DNA from: Anthoceros angustus
Lineage: Eukaryota; Plantae; Anthocerotophyta
Direction of reading: 5' to 3'
Assembly (NCBI GenBank): GCA_010909165.1
Contig: VJWM01000219.1
Coordinates: 246,564-310,563 of the forward strand
Length of the DNA stretch: 64,000 nucleotides
Shown here: piece after piece, positions 23,864 through 35,985 of the stretch
Layout of the letters: each line of letters begins with the position of its first letter
How positions within the stretch are numbered: position 1 is the stretch's first letter
Program-made: the position numbers and the translations under genes
Notes under the pieces: model-generated
Databases searched by the model: none
Seen by the model: only the letters and a program-made list of their open reading frames with translations
Told to the model about the DNA's origin: nothing

Positions 23864-24091
23864 CTAGCCCCACAAATGCCAACCCCCAAGCTACCTACGC
23901 CCCGATTATGTCGTGGTCGAGATGTGGAAAGGCCTATCTACAACTAGTCCCACAAATGCCAACCCCGACGCTACCTACGCCCCAATTATGTCGTGGTCGA
24001 GATGAGGAAAGGCCTATCTACAACTAGCCCCACAAATCGCTACGCTCCGATTATGTCGTGGTCCGAGATGAGAAAAAGCCTATCTACAACT
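23864..24091. repeat. 80-bp tandem repeat, ~2.8 copies
   Basis: Unit CTAG(C/T)CCCACAAAT...ATTATGTCGTGGTCGAGATG..GGAAAGGCCTATCTACAA starts at 23864, 23944 and 24024; the third copy is internally deleted. Confidence 0.9.
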
Positions 24092-24187
24092 GATACTGAT
24101 GATGCCACGTCTCATGTGCTCATTGCCGTCCTGTAACTAGCTTTGGCCAGCGCCCTGAAGGGCGATGGATACCCGCTGTCGAAAGAA

Positions 24188-24239
24188 AGCACATGCCTCC
24201 GTCGTCCTAGCCCAGCACATGCCTCCGTCGTCCTAGCCC
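24188..24239. repeat. Perfect 26-bp tandem duplication
   Basis: AGCACATGCCTCCGTCGTCCTAGCCC twice in tandem. Confidence 0.95.
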
Positions 24240-24828
24240 AGAGGGTTGAGGGACATATCAATGTAGGGGAATGGCTAGGGAGCACCTTGGAGCGGAAGGT
24301 GTGAAATGGGTAGGGTTAGCACTTCCCTAATATGGCTCTAAAGATGGCCCATCATATGTAGACTCGAGCAAGGAAGGGCGTTTAGTGGAGGTGCGCCCCT
24401 GGAGCTATAGTCGTGGTATATGAGCATGCTCATGAGAATTGACAATGAATTATGGAACATCATCCTTAGCGAACGAATATGAACGAAATGATTGAGAAAA
24501 GATTATCCTTTAGCCAGAAATATATTCAATCATTTTATTATATTAATATAACATTAGGTTTTCATTTTTCATTTTATTATAATAATATAATCTTATTTTT
24601 TTTCAATTTTTGTCCAGTTTGATGCTCCGTCTGTGGGGTTCATTGCCGTAGTCACCGTTCATTTACCAGTAACAATTCAGTAGAATTTCTAGACTGGACC
24701 GTTCAACTTAGAACTGAACTAGGTGGAACATAGTTGGTGCACATGAACGTGGAACTGGCAATTCGGAAGAGTCCTTAGAGGACAGGAAACAGTAAATGAC
24801 CCAGTACTAGCTCAACCGGGCGGGGGCG

Positions 24829-27380
24829 CTAAGAGCCACCATGTGCTTCGCGGCTGGCTGCCGAGCCACCGTTTTCTGAGAGCGAACTTCCAATCCATTG
24901 CATCAGTGACCCAAGCGATGTTGAAAACTGGGCCAGGGGGACATGACGGCTTTCAGATCTCATGCTTGCATGACCCCAGTTTACGTCTACATTTCGCCGA
25001 CCAGACCCTCCACCACCGGCTCCATTGCCAGCTGATTGAGCGGCAGCAGATGCTGGTGAAGGGAACCGGCTTTCTGGGGTAGCTCCGCTTCCTGGCACCT
25101 CATCTCCTTGTCTAACCCCAAATATTAGGTTCATTATGGCGGAAACGACGTTGTTGAAGTCCGGAATTTCACCAGATGAGCCACTAGAAAAACGCGCTCC
25201 CTGGATATCACAGCACCCAAAAAGGACGCAAGTAATAAGTCAACAACAGTCGCAAGTCAGCGATGTATACAGAAGTCCGGACAGCCACAACCTGCCCAGA
25301 AGTGGATCCACTGTGATGCAGCTGTTGCTGTATTGTGCTATGCAATTCTTCCGCAAGTCCGGACAAAGCAGCCTACACAAGAGGCAAGGAAGGCTTTTGA
25401 GATTGGTAAGTGGTTGCACAAACATGTACACTTCCAGAAACAGCACAATCTAGACGGACACGGGCATCGTCGTCTTCTTGGTCAAAAACCCCCTGATAAG
25501 AAGTTTGAAAACAGAGCAACATCCCCCTCCCCCGTTTGCATATGATGCTACAAGGGCACAGCCCAACTATTACTTTACCATACCTGTATATTTTCCCTGG
25601 CGGAAGGGCTTGTTGGATCCAGCGCAAGGGCTGCAACAAAGAACCACAAAGGAAAATAGCTGTTAGATGAATCTCCCACCAACTATCATTCCCTCTTTTT
25701 CAACCTCATGGCACTGCATCGGAAAAATATGAGAGGTTACACCAAGGAATGCGATCTGTACGGCTCAAAGCTATGAAGATCTGGAGACCATATCGGACCT
25801 TTTTGAAAACCATTTTGTATTGCCTCTAGGTAGCGCCCTTGAGTGAGATACACGGTACCCAATCTGCTGTAGGCTTTGCTGTAGGACGGATTGAGCTTTA
25901 TGGCTGTGTTGCAGTCGGCAATTGCCTCCTTATAGAGTCCCATCTGGGTATGCGCTGCAGCTCTGTAAGGTAGAAGGCCCTTTAGGATGTATTTCATGCT
26001 ACAACTCGTCGTCACACCTCAAAGGAGATGGAAAGTAGTGCATCTAACCTGTTGGAAAAGTATATAGCGTTCTTGGTCGACAGAGAGATGGCGAGAGTGT
26101 AGAGGTCGACGGCTTCACGGTATCGCTCAGATGACATCGCTGTATTACCTGCCAGCAGATGCCAACACCAGCAATGAGTTGACATTCTGGTCTACAACTG
26201 AAGTTGGCAGATGCTACGAACACACTTGCTCGAAATGCACCACCAAACACCTTGGATCTTATACGCTTCAGCTAATGCTTCTACTCGTTTGTTCCGCGCA
26301 TGGACTCCTGCTGGCAGAAACTACAAAAGACGAACACAAGTCAGCTCAACTTCACGCCAGGCATGTCCTTCCCAGGGGGAGAGCATACACTTAGGTCCGA
26401 TACAACCCATCACAGCTGCTTCAATCGGACGCAGTCGTTCAGCTCAGACTCTCGAATCAAACCGTAAACAAAACAAACGAAACGTGAGCCAGAACTCGCA
26501 AACACCAAAACCGTACATTAATTGCCCTCTCCAGAGTCTCCCTCGCATCTTGCAAGCGCCTATCATATTCAGCACTCCCTCTAGCAACACCTTCAAAATG
26601 GCTGGTACTCTCCAGGCCCTCCACGAATTCCTCAAACAAGCCGTCCAGAGTCGCATCATCTTCAGGCAAGACAAACCCACGCACCTGAGCCGCGCACCAG
26701 CGTGTGACCAGCAACAAAAACCGGTGAGGCCAAGGCAGCAGGAGGAGAAAACCTCACCTCCATCCCTCCCGTGCCCATTCCCCGCTACATCATCCTGCAG
26801 CAAACGAAACCGCCGACCTCCAACACAGTTAGCACTGAACCACGCAAGCTCCAACCTTTAAAACTCCTCACTCCCAGCTTCACAATTCACATGCCCGACC
26901 TGATTCCCAGCAGCACTATCACCCCCATCTCCGTCTGCAATCCCGCCCTGCCCCTGCCCCTGCCCCTTCTCCTTCCCCTTCCCCTTCCCCTTCCCGCCCC
27001 CAGCATCGGCAGCAGCGAAGAGTTGCGGCAAGGACGGAATCGGATCGTCGAGCCGCAGGCCACGGAGACTGAACGCATCCCGCAGGCACTCCTCCGCAAC
27101 CTCCAGTCCCTCACGATCCCCTCCAGGTTCAGTCTCAACTGCAGCGCATGCAACGAGATTAGGTCAGGGCGCGGGTGCAGGCTCCTTGCGTTCGCTCCAC
27201 GACGCGGTATGTGCCGCAGAGGCTTCCGATGCCCCCATCCGCAGCCGCGATGCGCAGGAATTGCAAGAAACCAAAATTCAGAGGCACAGCTGGGAGAAAG
27301 CGCACACCGGAATGGAGGAAGTCTAGAAAGGCGAGCACAATTCGCTGCGAGATCGGAGAGTTGGCGCGCAGAGGCTCCAT
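24829..27380 (-). CDS. SGT-like (small glutamine-rich TPR) co-chaperone, multi-exon
   Basis: N-terminal dimerisation segment MEPLRANSPISQRIVLAFLDFL..EGLEVAEECLRDAFSL; TPR exons including RAAAHTQMGLYKEAIADCNTAIKLNPSYSKAYSRLG. Resembles the plant SGT/At4g08320 family from memory. Confidence 0.85.
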
Positions 27381-27754
27381 GGCTCGGTGGTGCGTGCTCT
27401 GGTGTCAAAGCCGCGAAGCGGAATAAAAAGCTTGGTTTGACATGTTCAACATACACACATCTGTAGCGCATGTAAGTACATAAATAGCATAAATGTAACA
27501 CGCTTCTTGTCATTTGTTTACATGCCTAGGTAGATGGTTCTTCCGCGAGACCTCGAGCTTAATCCTCATGGAATGGAGAAAATGGTGGGCACTAGACAAT
27601 AGCATTGGTGGAGAAGGAATCGAATGCTCTCTCTTCCAGTTCCGTCCAGGACAAGCAGGCTGCTCTTCCAGACAAGCGGGCCGCGCTGGAAGAGCAGGAG
27701 GAGGCGTGGAGGAGGAGGAGGAGGAGGAGGAGGAGGTCGAGGAGGAGGGCGGCC

Positions 27755-29861
27755 ATGAGCAGGCTGCTGCAGCACGACTACCAGGTAGCGGAGGTGGTAG
27801 GGAGCGGGGGGTTCTCGGTGGTGAGGAAGGGGGTGAGCAGGCACGACGGGAGCAGCGTGGTGGCCATCAAGACGCTCAAGAAGCAGCAAGGGCAGGGGTT
27901 GCAGCAGCAGCAGGGGCAGGGGCAGGGGCAGAGGGAGCATGAGGGGCCGGCGAGCAAGAAAGCGAGGGTGGGGGTGGGCGGGAGTGGGATGACGGTGTCG
28001 GAGGCGCTGGTGGCCAACGAGATTCTGGTGATGCAGCGGATAGTGGAGGAGGTGTCGCCCAATCCCAATGTGATCCACCTACTGGACGTGTACGAGGACG
28101 CGGGGGTGCACCTGGTGCTAGAGCTGTGCTCGGGGAGCTCTTCGACAGGATCGTGTCGCAGTCGCGCTACTCGGAGCGGGAGGCGGCGGCCGTGGTGCGC
28201 CAGATCGCCAACGGGCTCAGGAGCCTGCACGAGGCGCACATTGTGCACCGGGACCTCAAGCCCGAGAACTGCCTCTTCCTCACCTCCGACCCGGACTCCC
28301 CAGTGAAAATCATGGACTTCGGGCTCAGCCATGTCCAGCAGCTCACCAGCCCCATCGTGGGCATGTTCGGCTCCATCGACTATGTGGCGCCCGAGTCCCT
28401 GCTGCGCAAGCCCGTGCTGCCCGCTACCGATATGTGGTCGCTCGGGGTCATCCTCTACATTCTGCTGTGCGGGTATCCGCCCTTTCATGCGCGCACCAAC
28501 CGGGAGAAGCAGGAGGCCATTCTTGCGGTAGGTACTCTTTTTGCTGCTTTCCTTCCTTCCTTCCTCCCTTCCGCTTGGGCTTGTTTCCTTCCCTCCAGCA
28601 AGAACAGGATTGCTTGCCTTGTGCGGTCGGTAGAGCCAGCATTGATGTCGGACTGGGACTGGGACTGGGACTGGGGTCCACCCCCAACTCTCTGCCTGCT
28701 TCATGTCAGGGTCGTTTTGACTTCACAGATCCTACGTGGGCCACGGTCTCCCGATCTGCCAAGGAGCTCATCTCCAGTTTGCTGGCGGTGGCTCCGCACC
28801 AGAGGCCCACAGCCCAGGAGGTGAGCAGCCCAGCCCAGCCCAATTTCCAATTCAATCCACCCAGCATTGCATTGCGTGATTGTGTGTAATCCCACGGTGG
28901 CCATGGCAGCTTCTGCAGCATCCCTGGGTGAGAGGGGAGGAGGCCAATCCGGAGCCGGTGGTGCCCCTCATATTCCAGCGCTTCCAGAAGTTCAATGCGC
29001 GCCGGAAGTTCCGGGCCGCGGTGCAGGCCAGCGTCATGAGCAACAAGCTGGTGGGCTCTGTGCGGACAAGCAACCTGAGAACCCTTGTGGGCTCCAAGGC
29101 TCTCAGCGCGGAGGAGCTGCGCAATCTGCACAAGCATTTCAAGGCCATGTACGTGAGCAGTCTCTTGCACCCACTGCCCTGCTCGTCACTGCCTTGCCCG
29201 CCTCCTCACATGCACAATGTTGCCTTGCTGCATCCAGATCAGGCAATGGCTCCAGCGTTTCTCTCAAGGAGTTCGTAGACGTGCTAAGGGCCATGAAGAA
29301 GGATGCGCTGGTGCCTCTGGCTCCTGACATCTTCAAGCTGTTTGACGTGAACCGGGACGGGTCGGTGGACATGAGGGAGATCATATGTGGCTTCTCTCCT
29401 CTCAAGAAGCCTGAAGGCGACGAGGCCCTGCGGTTATGCTTTCAGGTGGGGAATCTGCCCTCACCCTGGCCATTGCTAAGCTAGGACAGGAATTCTGGAG
29501 GGAACTCATGAACTGTGTCGTGGCTTGTGGCAGATGTACGATACGGATGGATCAGGAGCCATTTCCCGAGACGAGCTGGCCGCGATGCTCAGGGTATGTT
29601 CAGCAGATCCCTCTTCGATAATATGCTCCTCGGCACCTGTCGAATGCGCTGCTTGACCTCCAGACGATGCTGTTGCGGCTGCAGGCCTTGCCCGAGGTGT
29701 ATCTACCACCTGATATAACGGAGCCTGGAAAACTGGATGAGATATTCGACCACATGGACGCCAATAACGATGGTCATGTAAGCTTTGACGAATTCAGAGA
29801 CGCGATGCAGACCAATCACAAACTCAGAGAGGGACTCCTCTTTCCACTTGGCCAACCCTAG
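27755..29861 (+). CDS. CCaMK: Calcium- and calmodulin-dependent protein kinase (CCaMK/DMI3), six exons, apparent frameshift at 28132-28135
   Basis: Kinase domain (GSGGFSVVRKG, ALVANEILVMQRIVEEVSPNPNVI, HRDLKPEN, DFGLS, GSIDYVAPE), CaM-binding helix FNARRKFRAA, three EF-hands (DVNRDGSVDMRE, DTDGSGAISRDE, DANNDGHVSFDE) and the CCaMK signature LPPDITEPGKLDEIFD. GT-AG exons: 27755-28527, 28710-28820, 28910-29148, 29238-29445, 29534-29593, 29685-29861. Confidence 0.95.
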
Positions 29862-29933
29862 CCTGACCACAATTCTGCGGACTATCCTTGTAATGTTTGA
29901 ACTCGTTGTCATTGTAATTCCCGCCCCCCAATA

Positions 29934-31474
29934 TCACCTTTCCGGACAATTCCCCCATCGTTGCAAGGACCACGACGGAAATCTGTATGACAGGAAGGAG
30001 GCCAGGGTCCACAGGGAAAGCACTCCTAGCAGCTGAAGGACCGATAGAAGCGTCCTTAGAGACCCGTTGATGGCCAGGGTTTCCGCAGTGGTTTCAGCTC
30101 CCCTGAGGGAGAACACAAGCCCTGCCACCAGCTGCGCTGCCCTGTTCAACTGGTGCAGCCGATATACCTGGTGAACGAAGGCAGGCAGGACAGCCTTGTA
30201 AGGCATTTTCCCCGTGTACATACATACAGGATCAGCAAAGCAGGAACGATGAAGAGGTGAGAAAGCAACCTGGAAGATGACTGGCACAACGGGCCACGCC
30301 ATGGAATTATTGGCCCTGGTGATCTGCTCCAACGATAGCTGGACAATCAGTCCGAGAATATATGGAAGCAGAGCGGCAGCCGCGGCCGGTCCCGTCCATG
30401 ACCACACAACGGCCAGGGTCACCACCGGCAGAAGGACTCCTAATGCCAAAGACACAGCGGCGGACACCTTGTATCCCAGGGGTAAGGACGCGGCAACGGG
30501 AGGGAGGCTAATCTTGCTGTCGCTAATTCCTTGCTGGAGCTCGCTGGTGAACTTATCGGCAAGGTACAGAAACACCAACGCACCAGCGTAAAAGCAGGAC
30601 TCCGTGAAAAAAAGGATGACGAAATCTGCAAGCCAGCGACTTCATCTTAGCGCCAAGTGCAACAAGAACAAGACCAGAAACGCGGCCTCGGATTGCGGCT
30701 ACCTAACCTGTGAGCAGAGAGTCTTGAAGCAAGGCTTCGGAGATCTTCCTTAAGTACAAGGGCGGCAATACCACAGACGCCACCAAGGTGAGAGGCCCCA
30801 AAATCCACAGCAAACTTCTCCAACCCCTGGCAGCGGGAGATGTCTGGACACTCTCTGCTTGATCCAGTGCCTCCGTCGCAATCTCTGTGAGCGGGACGCC
30901 GGCTTGACGGAAGGACACCATTCCACTCTTCCCGTTGTAAGACAAGAAGTCTGCACCATCTGCACTTGGCGGGACGAAGCCATTCTCCGTTCCCCCTGGT
31001 ACAGCACTACTAGATTCAAACGGGCTCTCAGCGCTTCTGTCCGGCAACTCCGATGTTATCGGAATCTGAGAAGCCAAGCAGAGAAGAGGCGGCCGGCGAT
31101 ATCTTCCCTGCCTCTTTCGGAGCCCAATTTTCAGAGCCCCACTCCCGATCCCAAGCCCCTGAATTCCAGCATTCTGCTGCGCAATTCTTTGCGCAAAGAC
31201 GGTGGTAGGTCGCCATTGGCCAGCAGCGCCACCTGAAGTCCTTTGCAAGCTGCACACACAGTCAATTCGTTGAGCGCAGGCAAAAAGAAAGCAACAAGAG
31301 AAGCCAGCGGCAAGAATCCGATCACCTTAGTTTGGAAAAAGCTTGGCCTGGAAAGCAGCGGAGAGCCGAGGACTGCATGCCAGAGACGCTGTCAGCAGCG
31401 GCGTTGGTATCCACAGTGCCGGCAAATCCGCGAAGAGAAAGGGAGCCGATGCCGGCAGCGGTTGCCACGCTCAT
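29934..31474 (-). CDS. Conserved plant multi-pass membrane protein (At5g63040-like), probable plastid transit peptide
   Basis: Motifs QDSLLTDFVILFFTE, VVWSWTGPAAAA.LLPY, VIFQVYRLHQLNRAAQLV match an uncharacterised plant family recalled from Arabidopsis. In-frame GT-AG joins found; ATG at 31474. Confidence 0.75.
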
Positions 31475-31725
31475 CGTGTCAACAGGACTATCTCCGCAAA
31501 AATGCGGGCTGTGAGAAGCAGCTTGCACAACCCTAGTATGTATATCTATGGTCTACCTGAGCTTGCTGTCTTGGGAGTTCCCTGTTTAGGAAGTCGGAAG
31601 TCGGCAGTCGGATAGTTTCTTTAACACGTCGACTCGTGTCCTGTACCTGGGTTTAGGGTACATTGATAGGTACATCAACACATGTACACTCCGACAAAAC
31701 AGATTGCCCGATTTCCCACCGGTAA

Positions 31726-33544
31726 TCACATGAACTCGTTTTCCAACATCTGCTTCAGAGTTTCTAATCTCACAATTACTGCCGGGTTCATCAAACTTTG
31801 AGCTTCCTTGATGAGAGTTCCTTGTTGTTGCGTTTTGTAGGCATCCAGCACAATCTGCACCCACTTCAACAATCGGTCCGGTTTCCTGCAACACAAAAGC
31901 CGCAACACAGAGTTACCACCAATACACCAGGAAAAACAGGTAAGGAAGCAAGGGTGGCTAGTGGCAGATGTCCCTACGTGTAAAGAGTATCACTCTCCTT
32001 TCCTTCGAGCTCATCGCCGGGTGAGAAAGCGTTGGTTAAGGCAGCCATCCGTTCCCTGGGATCTTCGATGGACAAAACATGGCGGATGATACGAACCTCC
32101 TTGGGTACAAGCCTTTGCATGTTACCTCTTGCAACCAGGTACAGGTGATACATGATATCTTTCACCTGACCAAACACAACAAATTCATCAACATTTACAG
32201 GTGGAAGACAAAATATTCTCGTAACCAGCTGAATTCACAGTGCTGCACACACACCTCATCCTTCATCATGGTCGACTCCTTCGCTGCAGCCCAAGCCTTG
32301 GTGATCATGAGCATCAGCGTTGAGTCGAGCTCCTGTTTTTTGGCGAGCTGGTCAATTTTCTTGGATGCAGCTTCCAGAGAGGGAGAATTCAGTATGTCGT
32401 CAAGCTTCATCTGCGCCACCTTAATAGCATGCTCATCTTCGGCAGCATGATCGTAGGCCTGGACAAAAGTCAGAATTTTGGTTGCAAGCGCCTGGAGTTC
32501 TGCCACGAGGTTACAAGAGAAGGGAGTGAGCATTGAGTTCAAGATCAGGACATGTCCTGAAAGACCATTGTCACCAGAGGCAACTGCAAGTACCTTCTCT
32601 TCGATTCAAATTCTTGTAGGCGGCTTCACACAGCGTTTTTAGATGTTGAAAGAACTCGGCTGTGAAGTCCTTCCGCCGTCGTGCCACAATGGCATCCAGT
32701 TCTGCGGCGTTTCCCTCTATTTCTGCAATAAGCTCGTCGTGTCTCATCATATCGTCATCAACCTGTGGCCAACTAGGTAGTAAGGGACAAGCAAGTTGCC
32801 CGCACAGCAGAGCGAGGATTCACTTCCCAGCATGACCTACCTCCTTGAGACGCCTTGCCAGCTTCAGCAGGTCTCCCTTTTTCTTGGGCTCCTCCTCCGT
32901 GTCAGCCCTGGTCTTGCACCTCTTGTAAAAGTGCGGCCGGATCTTGCTCCACTCCTCACTGAATGCAAGCAGTTTTCTCCATTCTTCTGGCTGAGGCCTG
33001 TCGACCATGAACACATCTATCAATTTATCACAAACCCTACTCATCTTGTACCCCTTCTCCAGCTCTATATCCTCCTCGTCCCCCTCCACATCCTGCTGGC
33101 TAGGCCTTTCCCGACTCGGCAGGTGCTCCACAGCAGGGGTCACAACGGGTGCTGTCTTGGCCTTAGGTTTCCGGCCCCGCTTCTTCTTCCCTGCCTGCTG
33201 CAATTCATCGCCGTCGGCACCCGTGTCTGTGGTGCGGGGAGTATCAGCAACTGCGGAAAGGAAGAGCCAAAACCACGATCAGGCAGAGGCTTTTCAGCAT
33301 CAACACAAGGACACCAACGGACATCAAAACAAGTTGGAGCGGCACCATTGCAGACGATGAAATTCGGAGTGCGCGCTCGCCGGGTGTGCGACAGAGCAGC
33401 CCTGCTATGGCCTTGCCGCCACCAGGAAATGGCAGCGACATGCGCAGCTGCGCCATTGGCTCGGCTGCCGAGCTCCGGATCGCAGAAGGAGGCCGAGGCT
33501 GCGGGCGCGGCCGGGCACAGTCTCAGCAGAGCAGTTGCCGCCAT
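31726..33544 (-). CDS. Chloroplast protein of the At4g37920/At1g36320 (CDB1-like) family
   Basis: MSRVCDKLIDVFMVDRPQPEEWRKLLAFSEEWSKIRPHFYKRC, LDSTLMLMITKAWAAAKES, EVRIIRHVLSIEDP, AFSPGDELE; Ala/Arg/Ser-rich transit-like first exon. Confidence 0.8.
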
Positions 33545-33894
33545 CACAAAAGAGTGGATCCGCACGGGAAGAAAGCTGAAACCGAACGAAAGAAGTTTTG
33601 GCATGGAATAAAGGCTAATAGGTAATGCGTAAGGTAAAAATAATCTTCTGCAGGCTAATCGAGGCCCGCATCCTTGCTTCTACAAAAAGAATGAAGTGCC
33701 GTGAGCACCACAACAATCGCTTGTTTAATCACCCTGGTTTGGACAAGCCAGTATCTTGCGAGGCCCATTTCCGTGTGTTCACTCTTCTTGGGTCTCTACT
33801 GCTACCTAGATAACTCGAGGACCTAAAATGTACTTACAAATTTGCTACCTACTAGATATCTTCTTCCTGCCTGCCTGCACGCCTGCCTTTCTGC

Positions 33895-35985
33895 CTACAG
33901 GTTGAGAGGATCCGTTTCGGAATCATGCTCCTTCTCGATCGCCCAATTTTCCACAGGCTCTGCACACAAAGCATATCCAAAAAATGTCTCACTCACACCA
34001 TCCTTCAGTCCATTTTGCTGAAGGCCAGGAAAGGCAGAAGTGAAATTACTGCTTCTTTGCTTCTCAGCAACTTGGTGGAGGCGGCGTTGGAGGACAGAAG
34101 CCATCAAGAGGAAGATGGAGCACATTCCAAACATGACGGTGATGGGAAAGGCATTGACCTGCATACATGGAACCAAGGAGGGCACATCATACAGCAAGTC
34201 CCAAGACAACGACGTGCTCCACCAAACTTTTCCATGGTAGAAACGGACATGACATAAACTGAAACTCTACACGAATGCTTACGTTGTACAAGACGATGCA
34301 AACAAAAATGTTGAGAGGAATCCGGAAGAAGTTCATGATAGTACTTCTCGACTCCTCTGGAATGTACTGTGATCGCATCTTCATGATGGATGGCCAGAAA
34401 ATCCCAACACAAACCTCAAATACACAGAAACCCAGAAGCTGCAACTGCCCACCAGTGGTTATGCTGTGCCCTCTTGGAGTCTCTACCAGAAGCTGCAGAC
34501 GACATACTCCACAGTGAGCAAAATCACAGCGTGTCAAAGAGGGAGAGAAGATAGGGGTGAGCAGAAGCATACACTGCTGATGATCACAGGGAGAAGGAGA
34601 GCTCCCGCGGAGATGAGGAAGATGATCTGCATGTACTCTTCAACCTTGAGAGATGCTCGTGCCATAAGGCGAGCTGCAAGGGAGCTACCGATCATGGAAG
34701 ACAACATGAAGGTGGCAAAGATGAAGCCGTGCGGGATCTGCTGGCCCTCAAGGGGACTAAGAGCAGGTGTCCAAAGGAACACAAAGGTGTACATGGAGCC
34801 CTCGAAGAGAGACTGTATTGCGCCAAGGAGCGCAATCTTTTCATCTGCCACAACAAAGACATGACATTTGTAAGCCACCTGCGCATGACCAGCCCGGCAC
34901 AATGCACAACGGTGGTGCATCCAGAGGGCAACACACACATACCAGAAGCGATGGCGGTTGCAGCTTGCTTGAACTGCATGAGGAGCGTCTTGCCCTCGGA
35001 CGGATCCCCAAAGTTCTCAGGCCAGCTGTAAATGATCACGGACATGCCAATAGCGAGAACCACAGCCGCAGCGTCGAAGGGCGAGACGGGGCCGAAGCCA
35101 AAAGACGAGACGAGAGTGTTGGCCACCAGCCCAGCCAGAATAGCAGCCAGCCCATTCCCCAAAAAGATTGCCTTGGAGAAGGTGAGCGACAGCCAGTTGG
35201 CCTCATACCCCCTCTGCAAGGCAAGAACCGGGGAAAGGGTGAGGCCGGCAGATCCAGATCCGGGCCCAGATCTGGCATGCAATGCAAGAGCAGCCCTACT
35301 AGGAGCAGGAGGATTACTTTAAAATGCTCGGCCACGAGCCAGGACTCGAAGGCGGAGAAGAGCAGCGAGGTGGCAATGCCGCCCAGCACTCTCCCCAGCA
35401 TGAGCACCCTGTAGACCGGGGAATGCTTGGTGAAACAGCTGAGGATGTAGGTGACGCAGTAGGTGATGCTGGCCCTCTTCCGCCCACTGCAAGCGCGCGG
35501 CGGCGGCGATGAGCAGACGCAGAGGCAGAGGCAGCAAGCAAATGAGGGGAATGGCCTCACTCACTATCTATCTGCAAGGGATCCGACCACGGTGCCGAAG
35601 AGCATGGAGGAGCCGAATCCGGCGATGAAGAGCCTCCCGATGTCGCCCTTGGTATACTTGTAGTGCGCGTAGAGCGCGTAGACGTAGGGCCCCTGCAGCC
35701 AGTCCCCCGCTACAGCCCACAGCCCACAACCCACAACATCAAACGCCAGATCCGCCGCATTGCACACACCACAGCCCAGCATTGCATTGCATCCCATTAG
35801 CCCAGCCCGCGCAAGAAGGGCCCGGCCCGCGTACCCATCATGAGCGAGTAAACCACCAGATAGTTGTTCTTGAAGGCGTTGAAGGCGGGGGTGGTGGAGA
35901 TGCGATCCTTCACGCCCTTGCTGAGCTCCAGGCACGCCAGGACCGCCAGCTGCGCGCCGAACACGGCGTAGTAGTACACCTCCAT
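33895..35985 (-). CDS. Molybdate-anion transporter / MFSD5 (MOT2, DUF791) family MFS protein
   Basis: FKNNYLVVYSLMMAGDWLQGPYVYALY, GRVLGGIATSLLFSAFESWLVAEH, QSLFEGSMYTFVFLWTPAL, IPEESRSTIMNFFRIPLN; multi-exon. Confidence 0.92.

Noticed and set aside
23864-24091. CRISPR-like array (also considered for 41895-42145)
   Set aside because: Eukaryotic context, no unique spacers between repeats, no cas genes.
27778-28704. 308-aa antisense ORF over CCaMK exon 1
   Set aside because: Shadow ORF of a GC-rich coding exon; no independent motif or splice evidence.
34534-35282. Apparent duplicated exon in the MOT2-type gene suggested by overlapping ORFs
   Set aside because: The DNA is single-copy; the ORFs are different frames reading through one intron.
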